Source: a virus. From it: a stretch of DNA of 64,000 nt. Shown one piece after another: positions 1-10,014 of the stretch. Under the pieces are notes generated by a model. It ran no database searches. It saw only the letters and a list, made by a program, of their open reading frames with translations, and had not been told where the DNA came from. Location: IMG/VR virus record IMGVR_UViG_3300017991_000062, positions 49,078 through 113,077 of that record. One strand, given 5' to 3'. Position numbers and translations under genes: made by a program. How positions within the stretch are numbered: the first letter of the stretch is position 1; every line of letters begins with the position of its first letter.

Positions 1-1
1 C

Positions 2-697
2 CCCCACATCCACGGGTTCATCTCACCTGACGGGAACGGCTGGATGATTTTCGATGGCCGGTCGTTTAGTGGTGGTGCTGACGACGAAGAGAATTCGATG
101 GTGTTCCTGTTCACAGGGATGCGAGGACAGGGCGGCAACCTGGCTTTTTCCCCGACGACGATGGTGTGGATGGGCAACGTCGACGGCGCCGAAGGCCCGA
201 GCATCCTCATCACCGACGCGCGGCACAACCGGCTCGTCATCGAAGGCGGCGCAGCCGAGGGTGAGGGGGTTGTCTACCTGCTCACCAATACCGGTCACCG
301 TATCGCTCTACGCGACGACAACAACACCATCGAAATCACACACAAGGACGGCCCGATCTTCAAGCTCACCGACACCGACATCGAGGCCAGGACGCCGAGC
401 GGCGACCGGCTTCTGATCCGGGACGGGAACGACATCCGCATCGAGCAGGCCGGCGGTGAGCTGGTGCAGGTGAGCGCGACCGCTGGTATCCTCATCGGCA
501 GCGGCTCGTCGGAGCCCCTGGTTCTGGGCAACACATTCAGCAACCTGCTCAACACGGCACTCGGCGCGATCCTCGCGCATGTTCATCCGACGCCAGGCGC
601 GGTGATGGGGCCGCCGCAGTATGCCGCGCTCCAGGGAGCGATCAACACGCTCATCACTGGAGCCCACCTTTCCGACTTGGCAAAGACGAAGAAGTGA
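2..697 (+). CDS. Baseplate central spike (gpV/gp5/VgrG-like), 5'-truncated
   Basis: Frame is open from base 2; beta-repeat-rich sequence ending in LVLGN...AHVHP (HxH spike-tip motif); lies upstream of gp25 and baseplate J genes. Confidence 0.75.
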   Translation, partial: PHIHGFISPDGNGWMIFDGRSFSGGADDEENSMVFLFTGMRGQGGNLAFSPTTMVWMGNVDGAEGPSILITDARHNRLVIEGGAAEGEGVVYLLTNTGHRIALRDDNNTIEITHKDGPIFKLTDTDIEARTPSGDRLLIRDGNDIRIEQAGGELVQVSATAGILIGSGSSEPLVLGNTFSNLLNTALGAILAHVHPTPGAVMGPPQYAALQGAINTLITGAHLSDLAKTKK

Positions 698-706
698 GGC
701 TATGAT
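677..706 (+). promoter_or_regulatory. Possible sigma70-type promoter TTGGCA-N18-TATGAT
   Basis: Sits before a GGAGG RBS and the ORF at 745. Confidence 0.35.
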
Positions 707-744
707 AGGGCACCTGACTCCGACCAACCCAGGAGGGAAGTGAG

Positions 745-1191
745 ATGAGCACCGAGACCCAGTTCGAGAAGATCGCGAAGGCCGCGCCCGACTTCGACAA
801 GGAGAGTGTCGATGCCTTCGTCGGGCGCGTGCGGGCCGGCTTCAGCATCGGCATCATCGTCCCCATCGAGGAGGCGAACAAGGCCGAGTCCAAGCTCGGG
901 CGCCTGCGCATGAGCCGCAAGTACCGCGAGGGCGACTACCAGCGCGTCCAGACCTGGTGCCTGTGGCTGAAGCGCATCTTCGGCACCTTCGCCATCATCG
1001 AGAACGACTACGCCTCGAAGCTGTTCAAGGTGCCCTTCTCGGACGACGGCAGCGAGGTCAAGTTCGACCTCGACAAGGCCCAGGAGGTCAAGGAGGACTT
1101 CGTGGCCAAGGCCGGCTTCCACATCGAGCTGACCCCGGCCATCTGGTCGCCGGTCATCTTCGGCACCACGGACACCCCGGCCAAGGAGTAG
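745..1191 (+). CDS. Hypothetical protein (tail module)
   Basis: Strong RBS aggaggg; phage-typical codon usage. Confidence 0.7.
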   Translation: MSTETQFEKIAKAAPDFDKESVDAFVGRVRAGFSIGIIVPIEEANKAESKLGRLRMSRKYREGDYQRVQTWCLWLKRIFGTFAIIENDYASKLFKVPFSDDGSEVKFDLDKAQEVKEDFVAKAGFHIELTPAIWSPVIFGTTDTPAKE

Positions 1192-1194
1192 TCC

Positions 1195-1632
1195 GTGACC
1201 GAGAAGGCCAAGGGCAAGCTCGGCCAGTGGGCCGGCATCCTCACCGGGCTCGCGGCACTCATCGGAGCGCTGGTCGCCGCCTGGACGACGGTGGTGGTGC
1301 CGGCCCTGGACGCGGCCGAGAAGCAGGGCTCCGAGCAGGGCCAGAAGCTCGACGGCTTCTATGGGCTGTTCCGCGACCGGGTGGAAGGCCAGGGCGACAG
1401 CATCGAGGATCTTCGGCGGCAGGTGCACAGCCTGCGCGAGGCCCTCGCGGAACTGCGCTCTGACCTCCGCGATAGGCGGCGACTGCGGAGCCCCACGCGC
1501 CGCACAGAGCCCGAACGAGCCCCGGAGGCTGTGGCAGCCCCTCCCCCGCCACCCGAGGCCCCTGCGTCGTTGCCAGCGAGCCTGGACGTGTTCGTGCAGC
1601 AAGAGGCGGCCGAACCGCCTCCCGGGGAGTAG
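1195..1632 (+). CDS. Membrane protein, N-terminal TM + coiled coil
   Basis: Hydrophobic WAGILTGLAALIGALVAAWTTVVV followed by heptad-like segment. Confidence 0.6.
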   Translation: MTEKAKGKLGQWAGILTGLAALIGALVAAWTTVVVPALDAAEKQGSEQGQKLDGFYGLFRDRVEGQGDSIEDLRRQVHSLREALAELRSDLRDRRRLRSPTRRTEPERAPEAVAAPPPPPEAPASLPASLDVFVQQEAAEPPPGE

Positions 1633-1635
1633 CTC

Positions 1636-2037
1636 ATGGCCGAGCCCCAGGGCATCAGTGTCCCGATCCGGCCCAACCCCCGCGGCGGCCTCGCCCTGGT
1701 CAAGGGCGACGACTACATCCGCGAGATCGTGCTGCGGGCCGTGTCGCCGAACTACAGCGAGCATCCCTTCGAGGTGCTGTTCATGGAGGAGGCCACGGTC
1801 TTCGCGGTGGACAGCCCGGCGATGCGAGCCCAGGCGGTGGACTCCATCAGCAAGGTGTTCGCCTATCTGGAGGGCCGGGGCATCGCCCGGCTCCAGAACG
1901 GCGCGTCGGGCTCGGTCTCCTTCAGCTCGACGCCAGGCACGGGCGAGCTGACCATCACCATCGAGTACCTCGACCTCAAGACCCAGGACCCGGCCGTGGT
2001 CACTCGCACGCTGCGGCCCAGGGCGACGGGGGTGTAG
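1636..2037 (+). CDS. Baseplate wedge gp25/GpW-like protein
   Basis: 133 aa, GISVP...GGLA...ELTITIEY pattern, immediately before baseplate J. Confidence 0.65.
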   Translation: MAEPQGISVPIRPNPRGGLALVKGDDYIREIVLRAVSPNYSEHPFEVLFMEEATVFAVDSPAMRAQAVDSISKVFAYLEGRGIARLQNGASGSVSFSSTPGTGELTITIEYLDLKTQDPAVVTRTLRPRATGV

Positions 2038-2038
2038 C

Positions 2039-4195
2039 GTGGCCACCGTCCCGAGCTTCAAGTTCGCGGTATTTTTCTACCCGGAGATCCTGTCCGAGCT
2101 GCGGACGTGGATGCGGATCAACGTCCCCGAGATCACGAATGAGAACGATTACGAGGTCGCGGTCCAGCTCATCAAGGCGTTCGCCCTGGTCGGGCACCTC
2201 AACAGCGTCCACCTCGATGCCGCTGCCAACGAGGCCATCTACGGCACGGCGAAACTCCTGGAGTCGGTGCGACAGCACCTCAAGCTCATCGGCGTCGAGC
2301 CCGACACGGCCACCCCGTCGACGGCCGGGATGGTGCTCCAGCTCTCGAAGCACTTCGACGTCGCGACGGACGTGGTGCAGCCCTACGCACAGGTGAGCAC
2401 CGAGCCGGCCGACAACGAGCCCGGGGTGGTGTTCGAGTACGTCGCCGACTCGGCCCTCGGCCCGACCAGCAACACGGGACGCCTGACCTACATCTACGCC
2501 GAGGAGGCTGCCGTCTTCTCCGCGAACTACGCGAGTGACGCCGAGTCGGGAACGCCCTGGACACCGTTCGCGAGCCTGGAGGCTGGCGACAAGCTGTACT
2601 TCGGGCACGACTCCGTCCTGTGGTTCGGGATGGCGCTGGAGGTCAACACGCCCGGCGTCGACTACGAGGGTGTCTGGGAGGTCTACATCGGCGACAGCCT
2701 GGCACGGCCGCCGGGCTCCGTCACCGACCTCGGAAGCACCCTCCGCTTCGGCTTGAACGACGTGCTCGGCAGCACCTCGGTCGCCGGGCTGGAGGTGCGG
2801 ATCGCAGTCGCGAAGACCGGCGTCTCCGAAGACCTCGTGGTGCAGTGGGACGGCGTCGATAACTACATCGAGACGACCACGCTGCTCAACCAGGAGAGCC
2901 CGAGCACGGACCCCCTCGACTACCGGCTTTCGATGGAGTGGCTCCCGCAGGGGATCTCGGACGACACCTCCAGCTTCCAGTCTGGCGGCACGAACCAGGT
3001 CCGCATGATTCCGCTCTTCGATTACGGTATCGAGTGGCAGAAGACGGAAGTGAACGGGGTCGAGGGCTACTGGACCCGGTGGCGCTGCACCGGCATCGGG
3101 ACGCCCACCGAGCCCATCCTCGCGGAGATCGACACGTCGTCACTCCCGGCTGTGCTCGCCTTCACCGTCACCCAGGGCCAGCGCGTCACGCAGGAGCCGC
3201 TCGCGACCGGAACCGGCGAGGTGTGGCAGGTGTACACCCTCGCTCGCACCGGCTACATCGGCGGCACCCTGGAGATCACGGTCGACGGTGTGGCTTGGAG
3301 CGAGGTGGAGAACTTCATCAACTCCAGCTCGCTCGACCGGCACTTCACGGTCGAGGTCGGGAGCGAGGACCTGGTGCTGGTCGGGTTCGGCGACGGCGAC
3401 AACGGCGCCATCCCGGCCGCGGGTGCCGTCATCAACGCCTACTACCGCATCGGAGCAGACCAGGACGGCAACGTCGCGGCCCGGTCGATCACGGTCAACC
3501 GCAGCGGCATTCCCTACGTCACGGAGCTGTACAACTGGAGCGCCGGGGTGGGCTGGTCGGAGAAGGAGGGCGCCGACGAGGACAGTCTGGAGCGCCTCAA
3601 GATCGAGGGGCCGGCCGAGATGCGCACCATCGGCCGGGCCTGCACCGAACCGGACTTCGAGCCCGTGGCGAAGCAGTACGTCGGGGCGGGTGGGACGAGC
3701 CCCATCGTGCGGGCGTATCCCATCATCAACGGGCTCGGCCCCAAGACGGTCGCGCTCTACGTCGTCGGCAGCGGCAGCGACTTCCTCACGTCGGCCGTGC
3801 TCGAAGATATCGAGGACTGGTTCAACGGCGACGAGGCCAAGGGCTACGAGTCGCGCATCTTCCTCAACTACCTCCTCGGCGCACAGAACTTCACCCCGCG
3901 CACGATCACGGTCGAGGCCGTGGTTACCGCCCGCGGGGTCACGGCCGGCCAGATCAAGGCGGCCCTGATGACCTACCTTTACCCGACCGCTGTGCATAGC
4001 GACGGGGTGACGTGGCGCTGGGACTTCGGGGAGAAGGTGTCGCGGAATAAGCTCATCGCTGCCATCGACGCGGTCGCGTCCGAGCAGATCGAGGACATCG
4101 TGCTCACGACCCCGGCTGCTGACGTGCTACTCAACCCCGACGAGCTGCCCTACACGACCAACGCCGACCTGACGATTACGGTGGTGGAGCCCTGA
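2039..4195 (+). CDS. Baseplate J-like wedge protein
   Basis: FGDGDNGAIP, YYRIG, GADEDS...RACTEPDF motifs typical of large baseplate J/gp6 proteins. Confidence 0.85.
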   Translation: MATVPSFKFAVFFYPEILSELRTWMRINVPEITNENDYEVAVQLIKAFALVGHLNSVHLDAAANEAIYGTAKLLESVRQHLKLIGVEPDTATPSTAGMVLQLSKHFDVATDVVQPYAQVSTEPADNEPGVVFEYVADSALGPTSNTGRLTYIYAEEAAVFSANYASDAESGTPWTPFASLEAGDKLYFGHDSVLWFGMALEVNTPGVDYEGVWEVYIGDSLARPPGSVTDLGSTLRFGLNDVLGSTSVAGLEVRIAVAKTGVSEDLVVQWDGVDNYIETTTLLNQESPSTDPLDYRLSMEWLPQGISDDTSSFQSGGTNQVRMIPLFDYGIEWQKTEVNGVEGYWTRWRCTGIGTPTEPILAEIDTSSLPAVLAFTVTQGQRVTQEPLATGTGEVWQVYTLARTGYIGGTLEITVDGVAWSEVENFINSSSLDRHFTVEVGSEDLVLVGFGDGDNGAIPAAGAVINAYYRIGADQDGNVAARSITVNRSGIPYVTELYNWSAGVGWSEKEGADEDSLERLKIEGPAEMRTIGRACTEPDFEPVAKQYVGAGGTSPIVRAYPIINGLGPKTVALYVVGSGSDFLTSAVLEDIEDWFNGDEAKGYESRIFLNYLLGAQNFTPRTITVEAVVTARGVTAGQIKAALMTYLYPTAVHSDGVTWRWDFGEKVSRNKLIAAIDAVASEQIEDIVLTTPAADVLLNPDELPYTTNADLTITVVEP

Positions 4196-5634
4196 TGGTT
4201 ACGACCGGCGACACGGCCTTCGAGAGGGACATCTACAAGTTTCTCCCGAAGATGCTGCGCGACATCGACCAGGATGAGGGCATGCGCCTCCTGGAGCGCT
4301 ACCTCCAGGGCATGACCGACGTCTGGGATTCCATCGCGGATCGGATCGAGGACTTGCGCGGCCTGGCAAATCCGCTGAACATCCCCGACGCGGTGCTTCA
4401 GCACATCATGCCACTGCTCGGGTTCGGCGGCGACCTCTCCTACGTCTGGAACGCCCTGTCTCCGACCGACCTGCGCCGACTCGCGTTCGCAGCGGTTTCG
4501 CTGTGGCGGTTCAGCTCCACCGAGCAAGCTGTACGCATCGCAGCCCGGTTCCTCTCCGGGAAGCCGTTCCTAGTACGCAACCTGCACGACTTCCTCCCCG
4601 TCGCTGACGACCTCACATTCGGCATCAGCTACGACACGAAGGCGCTGTGGGTGGTCGGCAGTGACCCGTCGCCGTACAACATGGACAGCGTCGACCTCCA
4701 CATCGTTGACGAGGGCGACCTCGACCACACCCTGCTCCGCAACCTCATCGGCATCACCCGGGCTGCCGGCGAGAAGGTGGTCATCGTCTACGCCCAGTTC
4801 CTTGACCGCTTCCGCGATGCCGAGCTGACGCAGTGGTCGCAGAACGGGCCGGTGACCGCAGCCGGCGACGGCATCGTCAAGCTCGGCCCCGGCAACGCAT
4901 TCATCGTCGCAGAGTCGGTCAACGCGCCTTTCGACAACTTCCTGCTCACCACCACCATGACCAGGCGGGACAGTGGGGCAAGCTCCGACGAGTCGATGAC
5001 CATCTTCCGCCTGACCGATCTGGCCACGGCTCCCTCGGGCTACCTGTTCGGGTTCGAGTCCAGCTACGGGCTCGGCACCGGACCTGCGAGCTGGTTTCTC
5101 GCCAGGCTCGACGCAGGTGTCCCGACGTCGCTCGCTGGCGGGACACACCTGTTCGCAGACGAGCACGAGTACCATTTCGCCATCCACTGCTTCGAGGCGG
5201 GTGCCGGCACCTACATCCGCATCACGGTCGACGGTGCCGTGCTCGCGGAGGTGACCGACGCCTATTCTGGCCGCAACCTGGAAGGCGACATCGGGTTCAG
5301 CAACGAGGGCGGCGACCAGGAGTACACCGAGGTCGGAGTGGTCGAGATCCTGCCGCAGCCGGCAGACCTGGAGCTAGTCGCATCACCGATGAAGCTCACC
5401 CCGACCGCGGTGACTGTGAATGGCGGTGCGACCGTGCCGTTCACAGGCTTCGGCGGTGCCGAGGACTACTACTGGAGCATCCCCGTGAACAACTCGGGTG
5501 CGAGCATCGCGAAGCTCGACACGGACGAGGCCGAGTACACCGCTGGATTCCCTGGGAGCACTGTGGTAGACACGGTGCGCGCGACCGACGTGTTCGGGAA
5601 CTACGCCGAGGCGCAAGTCACGGTCGAGCCGTAG
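4195..5634 (+). CDS. Baseplate wedge/tail protein (P2 gpI-like N-terminus, beta-sandwich C-terminal domains)
   Basis: YKFLP..LR..D...LERYL...NPLNIPDAVLQHI...LG signature; coupled to baseplate J. Confidence 0.7.
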   Translation: MVTTGDTAFERDIYKFLPKMLRDIDQDEGMRLLERYLQGMTDVWDSIADRIEDLRGLANPLNIPDAVLQHIMPLLGFGGDLSYVWNALSPTDLRRLAFAAVSLWRFSSTEQAVRIAARFLSGKPFLVRNLHDFLPVADDLTFGISYDTKALWVVGSDPSPYNMDSVDLHIVDEGDLDHTLLRNLIGITRAAGEKVVIVYAQFLDRFRDAELTQWSQNGPVTAAGDGIVKLGPGNAFIVAESVNAPFDNFLLTTTMTRRDSGASSDESMTIFRLTDLATAPSGYLFGFESSYGLGTGPASWFLARLDAGVPTSLAGGTHLFADEHEYHFAIHCFEAGAGTYIRITVDGAVLAEVTDAYSGRNLEGDIGFSNEGGDQEYTEVGVVEILPQPADLELVASPMKLTPTAVTVNGGATVPFTGFGGAEDYYWSIPVNNSGASIAKLDTDEAEYTAGFPGSTVVDTVRATDVFGNYAEAQVTVEP

Positions 5635-5646
5635 CAGGAGGGCGTC

Positions 5647-8475
5647 ATGGCGACTGGCCAGAAGCTCGTCAACATGTACACGAAGAAGGTCGTCCCGGGT
5701 GACGAGATCCGCGACAACTGGATCGAGTACCAGAACCAGCTCATTGAGGACAACCTCGCCGCGCTCTACCCGACCAGCGGGTTTTTCGGCGCACCTCCCC
5801 CGGTGACGGTCTCAAGCTCGGCCATCGACACCTTCGAGATCAGTAGCTACAACGGGCTCCAGTCGAACGGCGTGGACCCCGTGCGGCGCTACGACTACGC
5901 GGGCGGCGACACCATCCCCTTCGAGAATGCGGCGACCGACTACTGGGTCCAGACGTGGCTCGCGCTCGCCCCAGAGTTCGCGTCGGCCGGGCTGGAGGGC
6001 AGCCCCGAGTTCGGGACCTACCGCTACTCCCACTTCGAGGAGCAGGTGGGGTACTTCACCGAGCCGGACAGCGTCTCCGATCTGGCGCCTGGCGTGCGAC
6101 TCGTCATCGACGACGTGCTCACGGCCGGCGAGGGCACCACCTTCGACCAGAGCGGCCGGCAGGTCACGGTCATGCTGTGGCCGGACCCGATGAGCCTGGA
6201 CCCGGCCGTGGCCTTCCAGACGCTCACGGTGCAGTGGAGCGGGACGAACAACTATGTCGACGCGCCCGACTACCTGGGCGACACCGCGATCCGCGCCGCG
6301 GCGCAGTACCGGGTCTTCGTGCCGGTGTGCACCATCAGCAAGTCCAACCCCACGGGCGACGGCAATTGGGTCGCGAAGATCACGGGCAACCCCGGCGGCT
6401 CGCCCACCGTGTTCGACTACAGCGGTCAGACGGTGCTCGGGTTCAGCCCGTCCACCATCACCGCCGCGTTCCAGCGCGAGCACACCCTGACGGGTGGCTC
6501 CTACGACGGCCTCCATGACAACGTCCACGCCGACAGCTACAGCAACCGCAGCGCGGCCGAGGGCGGCGCTGCGGGAACCAAGCTCTCCTTCCAGGGTGTC
6601 GACGGCAGCGACTACGGTCAGCAGTTCCAGTACTTCGACCACGTCGGCGGCCTGCGCTGGATGAAGGACGGGCACGGCCAGGATTACACCTACTGCAACG
6701 ACTACGACCTGTCGCCCAAGAGCAACCCGTTCCTCGACATACTGTTCGTGGGATACACTGGTGAGGGCTCCAAGGTCGCAACGCAGTACCGGTCCATCGG
6801 ACTCGACGACGAGATGGTGAGTGGCGAGCTTGACGTCGCCATGTATATCGGTGGCGGAAACTACCCGGCCGGGCTCACCTGCACCACGAAGAACGGCGGC
6901 ACCATCGACGTGACGGGCGTGCCCGACATGACGACTGACCCGGTGCTGGTCGCGATGGGTGGTAGCGGGCTCGCCTTGTTCGCGAACGTGCTCGGCACCA
7001 CTACCCGGAATAGCTGGTACGTCGTCGACGTCCTCGATGCTGATACCCTGACGGTCGCGAACCTGGACGGTAGCAGCGTGAGCTGGACCGGCGACGAAGC
7101 CGGCACCATGACCTTCTACCTCATGCGTCGGCAGACGATGGTGAAGCAGGATAGCGCCACCGACGAAGCGCTACACCTGCTCGTCTCCCCGTTCGACACG
7201 GTGATGTGCCAGGGCGACTTCGTGATGGACCGGCCGCCGGATGGTGGGACGAACCAGTTCTTCGGGTGGGGCTTCGCCTACTACGACATCAACCGAGACC
7301 AGTTCATCTTCGAGGCCAGGGCCAGTGGCGCGGCGGCGGGGATGAGCTTCGCCGGGAACGACGAGTGCATCAGCGACCCGGCCGGTATCACCGGGCCGAG
7401 CGAGCGCTGGAGCGGCTTCGGCTCCTTCCAGGCCGCCGACGATGGCGACCTCCTGCTCTACACCGGCAACGACAGCTCGGGCTCCATCTACTTCGGCCGG
7501 CCGCACGAGGGCACGAGCTGGAGCTGGCTGACCTACACCGACCTCTACATGGCACTGACGCCGACCGCCAATTACAGCATGAAGTCGATCCATCCGTGGA
7601 CCGACGGGTTGAGCCTCGGCACCACGACGGGGCCGCTGCGGTGGGACATCGACGCGAAGGATCTCGGGGTCGGCGGAAGCGTCGTGACCAACCTCATCCC
7701 GAGCACGGGCGGCGGGCAGACCATCGGCGACGCGACTTTCACCTGGGACGCCTACTTCCAGGACGTCGAGTTCAAGAGCGGCGGCTCCGTGCTGTTCGAG
7801 GTCAACCCCCAGATCAAACACGCGACCGACCCCTATCTGGAGCTGTGGGATACGGGGGCTTCGACCAACGAGGGCCGGGCATGGCTCCAGGCGGGAGCCG
7901 ACCGGGTGCGCATGGTGCTGGTCAACGATGCTGGTGCGGAGATCGAGGAGGCGTTCTACATCGAGCGTGCAACCTCGACCGGCGCGATGGCCGGAATGTA
8001 CGTCCGCGACAGCCTCTACCCGCTCACCGATGCCGGGAGCGGCAACGCGTACCTCGGCAAGAGTAACTCGCGCTGGGAAGGCTCGTTCAAGACCGCGACC
8101 TTCTGGGACGGCACGGCCGGGACCTACTACTGCGACCTCGAAATGGCGACCTCGGTCGGCACCGACGACTTCCGCATCAAGCCCGGCGGGACGGACGCCT
8201 ACTCCTTCCAGGCCACCGAGTTCAACACGCAGACTATCGCCCCCTTCGCTGCGGGCGACACCATCGGCAAGAGCGGTGACCGATGGTCCACAGCCTACAT
8301 CGACACCATCGTCGGCAACCCGAGCGCCGACGACCGGGTGACGATCCAGAACGTGCTCCGGGTGACGCCGATCTCCAGCGACCCGAGCAGCCCGTCGAAC
8401 GGCGACATCTGGTACAACTCGACCAGCAACGAGCTGAAGGCTCGGGTCAACGGAGCCACTGTGGTCCTCGCATAG
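5647..8475 (+). CDS. Tail fibre / receptor-binding protein
   Basis: 942 aa, G/S/T-rich, repeated (L/I)G....(R)W motifs, C-terminal PSNGDIWYNSTSNELK. Confidence 0.75.
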   Translation: MATGQKLVNMYTKKVVPGDEIRDNWIEYQNQLIEDNLAALYPTSGFFGAPPPVTVSSSAIDTFEISSYNGLQSNGVDPVRRYDYAGGDTIPFENAATDYWVQTWLALAPEFASAGLEGSPEFGTYRYSHFEEQVGYFTEPDSVSDLAPGVRLVIDDVLTAGEGTTFDQSGRQVTVMLWPDPMSLDPAVAFQTLTVQWSGTNNYVDAPDYLGDTAIRAAAQYRVFVPVCTISKSNPTGDGNWVAKITGNPGGSPTVFDYSGQTVLGFSPSTITAAFQREHTLTGGSYDGLHDNVHADSYSNRSAAEGGAAGTKLSFQGVDGSDYGQQFQYFDHVGGLRWMKDGHGQDYTYCNDYDLSPKSNPFLDILFVGYTGEGSKVATQYRSIGLDDEMVSGELDVAMYIGGGNYPAGLTCTTKNGGTIDVTGVPDMTTDPVLVAMGGSGLALFANVLGTTTRNSWYVVDVLDADTLTVANLDGSSVSWTGDEAGTMTFYLMRRQTMVKQDSATDEALHLLVSPFDTVMCQGDFVMDRPPDGGTNQFFGWGFAYYDINRDQFIFEARASGAAAGMSFAGNDECISDPAGITGPSERWSGFGSFQAADDGDLLLYTGNDSSGSIYFGRPHEGTSWSWLTYTDLYMALTPTANYSMKSIHPWTDGLSLGTTTGPLRWDIDAKDLGVGGSVVTNLIPSTGGGQTIGDATFTWDAYFQDVEFKSGGSVLFEVNPQIKHATDPYLELWDTGASTNEGRAWLQAGADRVRMVLVNDAGAEIEEAFYIERATSTGAMAGMYVRDSLYPLTDAGSGNAYLGKSNSRWEGSFKTATFWDGTAGTYYCDLEMATSVGTDDFRIKPGGTDAYSFQATEFNTQTIAPFAAGDTIGKSGDRWSTAYIDTIVGNPSADDRVTIQNVLRVTPISSDPSSPSNGDIWYNSTSNELKARVNGATVVLA

Positions 8476-8526
8476 CAGGACCATCCACTACAGGCCGCTC
8501 GACGCGGCACTGACTGGAGGAACGAC

Positions 8527-9048
8527 ATGGGGAACAAGACCAAGAAGAAGACGGCGACCGCGGCCGGCAGCAAGAAGGCCCGGCAGCGGAAACGACCTGG
8601 CGGCAAGCCGGCCAAGGCCGCGGCCAAGCCGGGAGCCCAGGTGCGGCAGCTCACGCCCGGGATGCTGGGTACGGTATCCTCCAGCGGCGACAAGGAGGTT
8701 GACGGCATCGTTGACCGGCTGCTGAAGACAGACCCGGCCACGGTCGACGACGCGGTACTCTCCCACCTGCTCAAGGGGTGGCAGCCCAAGGCCATCGCCT
8801 TCGGTGGTGTGAATCAGCAGGTGATGCAGCTCAAGGCGCAGCTCAAGCGCGCCGAGGAGGAGGCGGCCAAAAACAGCGGCGGCGTCCAGGCGGTCGAGGC
8901 CATGATTTTCGACCGCGTGCGCGAGATGCTGGAGGCCGGGAAGATCCTGTGCGATGGCTGCGGCACGAGGTTCACGGAAGGACACGTCACGACAGAGGAC
9001 GGGGTGGTGCTCTGCGAGGCGTGCTTCAAGGCGGCGGTTCCCGAGTAG
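8527..9048 (+). CDS. Hypothetical protein, basic N-terminus, coiled coil, C-terminal CxxC..CxxC
   Basis: RBS ggagg; CDGC and CEAC pairs. Confidence 0.6.
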   Translation: MGNKTKKKTATAAGSKKARQRKRPGGKPAKAAAKPGAQVRQLTPGMLGTVSSSGDKEVDGIVDRLLKTDPATVDDAVLSHLLKGWQPKAIAFGGVNQQVMQLKAQLKRAEEEAAKNSGGVQAVEAMIFDRVREMLEAGKILCDGCGTRFTEGHVTTEDGVVLCEACFKAAVPE

Positions 9049-9069
9049 GGGCTGCCCGAGGAGGACGAG

Positions 9070-9423
9070 ATGGAACAGGCAATCACTACGGCTCTCGGAC
9101 GACTGCTCGGGTGGGACGTGCTGTCGCTGGCCGGCGGCATCTACTTCCTGATGGTCGCCCTCAAGGTGGTACTCGGGAACGAGCTGAAGGACAAGCCACT
9201 CGTCAACCGGCTGCTCTTCGTGGCGCCGCTGGTCATCTGCGTGGGCATCGCCTTCATCCCGGGCATGTTCGAGGACGTCACCACGGCCGGCGCGAAGGTG
9301 CGAATGGGCCTGTGGACCGGTGGTGTGTCGATGTGGTTCCACCTCATCCTCAAGTTCATCCTGGGTGACAAGGCGAGGGCTGCTATCGCCGGCAAGGTGA
9401 ACAGCCTGATTCGGAAGGGGTGA
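9070..9423 (+). CDS. Putative holin
   Basis: 117 aa with three hydrophobic segments and a basic C-terminus, after the tail fibre gene. Confidence 0.65.
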   Translation: MEQAITTALGRLLGWDVLSLAGGIYFLMVALKVVLGNELKDKPLVNRLLFVAPLVICVGIAFIPGMFEDVTTAGAKVRMGLWTGGVSMWFHLILKFILGDKARAAIAGKVNSLIRKG

Positions 9424-9427
9424 CGCT

Positions 9428-9619
9428 GTGCCTGCACCGATCCTGAAGTACTTCGAGTTCGAGCACCTGCCTCCTGACCTCCAGGCGTTCAGCAAGCCCC
9501 TTGGCGAGCTGGCGCACAAGCTGGACGCGGACCTGCCCGACTGCGCCGAGAAGTCGGCCGGACTGCGCAAGCTCCTGGAGGCCAAGGACTGCTTCGTGAG
9601 GGCGGCCCTGGACAAGTAG
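9428..9619 (+). CDS. Small helical-hairpin protein, Acb2/Tad1-like candidate
   Basis: F.F.HLP..LQ..S....ELA..LD..LP...EKS.GLRKLLEAKDCFVRA resembles small Acb2/Tad1-hairpin phage proteins (recalled, not searched). Confidence 0.5.
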   Translation: MPAPILKYFEFEHLPPDLQAFSKPLGELAHKLDADLPDCAEKSAGLRKLLEAKDCFVRAALDK

Positions 9620-9646
9620 CTCCAGCGCCAGGCCGCAGGAGGGGAC

Positions 9647-10003
9647 ATGCTCAAGGCCCGACTCACCAACCTCATCCTCCGTGCGAAAACCGGCGGCTGG
9701 AAGGTGTGGCTCGTCCTGGCCCTGGTGCTCGCCGGGGTGGCCCTCGTGCTGAAGCTGGTCTTGACCCCGCGCCCCAAGGGCGGCAGCGGTGGCGCCCCAG
9801 GCGAGCGGGCCACCGACGAGGCCCAGGAGGCGGCCGGCCGGCTGGAGGTTCACATCAAGGCCACCCGCGACCGCATCCGGCAGGCCGAGGCCGAGCTGGA
9901 GTCCCGGCGGGAGGAGCTGGACGAGATCAAGGCCGAGCCCGACAAGGCCGAGAAGCTGCGCAGGCTGGCCGAGCTGTCCAACCGGCAGGCTAGGCGCCCG
10001 TAG
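9647..10003 (+). CDS. Putative inner-membrane spanin (Rz-like)
   Basis: N-terminal TM followed by a long coiled coil, within the lysis cassette. Confidence 0.55.
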   Translation: MLKARLTNLILRAKTGGWKVWLVLALVLAGVALVLKLVLTPRPKGGSGGAPGERATDEAQEAAGRLEVHIKATRDRIRQAEAELESRREELDEIKAEPDKAEKLRRLAELSNRQARRP

Positions 10004-10014
10004 GAGGCCGAACG

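Noticed and set aside
880-935. KLGRLRMSRKYREG in ORF 745, plus the N-termini of SSB and 47199, as further copies of the N-terminal tag
   Set aside because: Internal position or poor register match to the consensus.
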